Source: Zancudomyces culisetae HAW-14-8
Lineage: Eukaryota > Fungi > Kickxellomycota
Length of the DNA: 64,000 bases
Direction of reading: 5' to 3'
Assembly (NCBI GenBank): GCA_052426225.1
Contig: JBNJNM010000021.1
Coordinates: forward strand, 2,418,001-2,482,000
Shown: in pieces, positions 63,257 through 64,000 of the stretch
Layout of the letters: each line of letters begins with the position of its first letter
Position numbering within the stretch: the stretch's first letter is position 1
Made by a program: the position numbers and the translations under genes
The notes under the pieces: generated by a model
The model's input: the letters and a program-made list of their open reading frames with translations, nothing else
Database searches by the model: none
What the model was told of the DNA's origin: nothing

Positions 63257-64000
63257 CTATATATTACCTGTAACCGTGGCAATTAATATCGCTGATAGCT
63301 CGGTGCTATTTTTCGTACAAGTCGTGGTCATCTGTGTTGTCATCACTGTGTTGGTCATTGTATTAGTTGCTGTGTAGCTGGTTACTGTAGATGTAAACTT
63401 GACACTGGATATCGACACTGATACTGAGGTGAGAGTTGTGGTTTCCACCACTGTTTGAGTTGTTGTAGATGTTTCTGTTGGTATTTCATCAGTGATTTCG
63501 TTACCTACAATTGAATCATTACTACTTGTACATGTGAACACAAAATTTGTTGATATTACTGTAGATGTAATAAAAGTAGTTGGTGCTTTGACAGAAAGTA
63601 TATCTGTAATTATAGTTATTGGAGCTGGTGGCTGGATAGTTACAGGCGGTCTCTGCGTGATTATATTATTTACCACATAGCTCACCTGTGGCTGCAATTG
63701 AGGAACGGTTTGTACCTGTGTTGGAAGAGCCACAGGAAACGTTCCAGAATTGGCTGCCTGCGCTATAACAGGCGAAATCGTTTGCGTTATCAGTACTGGT
63801 GTTAGAGTCTGCGTTACCAGTACTGGTGTCAGCGATTGTGTCAAATACATAGGCGTAATCGTTTGCGTCAACAAGATTGGTATAACAGGAAGTGGTCCAT
63901 TTTGTTGTTGTATATTCTGTACAGTATTCTGGTTAACAACTTGAATTACAGGTTGTACAGTAATAGGCTGCACTGCAGGTTGTACGGTAATAGGCTCTAC
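63257..64000 (-). CDS. Thr/Gln/Val/Pro-rich repetitive protein, cell-surface/mucin-like (5' truncated by the window)
   Basis: The frame stays open to the window edge. QPITVQP and LTQT(I/L)TP repeats, Thr-rich tail. Confidence 0.6.
   Translation of the reverse strand, partial: VEPITVQPAVQPITVQPVIQVVNQNTVQNIQQQNGPLPVIPILLTQTITPMYLTQSLTPVLVTQTLTPVLITQTISPVIAQAANSGTFPVALPTQVQTVPQLQPQVSYVVNNIITQRPPVTIQPPAPITIITDILSVKAPTTFITSTVISTNFVFTCTSSNDSIVGNEITDEIPTETSTTTQTVVETTTLTSVSVSISSVKFTSTVTSYTATNTMTNTVMTTQMTTTCTKNSTELSAILIATVTGNI

Overview
AT-rich, gene-dense eukaryotic DNA with short GT-AG introns and CTAAC/CTAAT branch sites. It is fungal; an early-diverging, Harpellales-like lineage is my inference only. 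Protein genes in order: Cu/Zn SOD (truncated), GDSL/SGNH-like protein, MetAP2, a 2247-aa DDB1/Mms1-like propeller protein, a TM RING-H2 ligase, ICln/Voldacs, cytochrome P450 copy 1, Mog1, a GT31-like glycosyltransferase, P450 copy 2, a UBE3C/Hul5-like HECT E3, RPS12, a Dal5/Tna1-type MFS permease, UDP-glucose 4-epimerase, an alpha/beta hydrolase, a Ste7-type MAPKK, Gid4/Vid24, Gtr1/RagA, EF-1alpha, Rpn5 and a truncated Thr-rich protein. There is also an intron-containing tRNA-Ile(UAU). The standout is an ORF-free minus-strand locus at about 48.1-50.2 kb. It carries nuclear RNase P RNA signatures (CR-I, CR-IV, CR-V, P1, P4) spread over about 1.37 kb, roughly four times the usual size. The RNA is full of internal T-runs and appears to sit in the second intron of a non-coding host transcript, whose first intron holds another structured, H/ACA-like RNA. 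Other oddities: an in-frame TAA in an otherwise intact ICln gene, a GDSL protein lacking catalytic Ser and His, a mosaic P450 duplication, a ~400-bp tandem repeat with a covarying hairpin next to the tRNA, and a 5'-purine to 3'-pyrimidine gradient along several genes.
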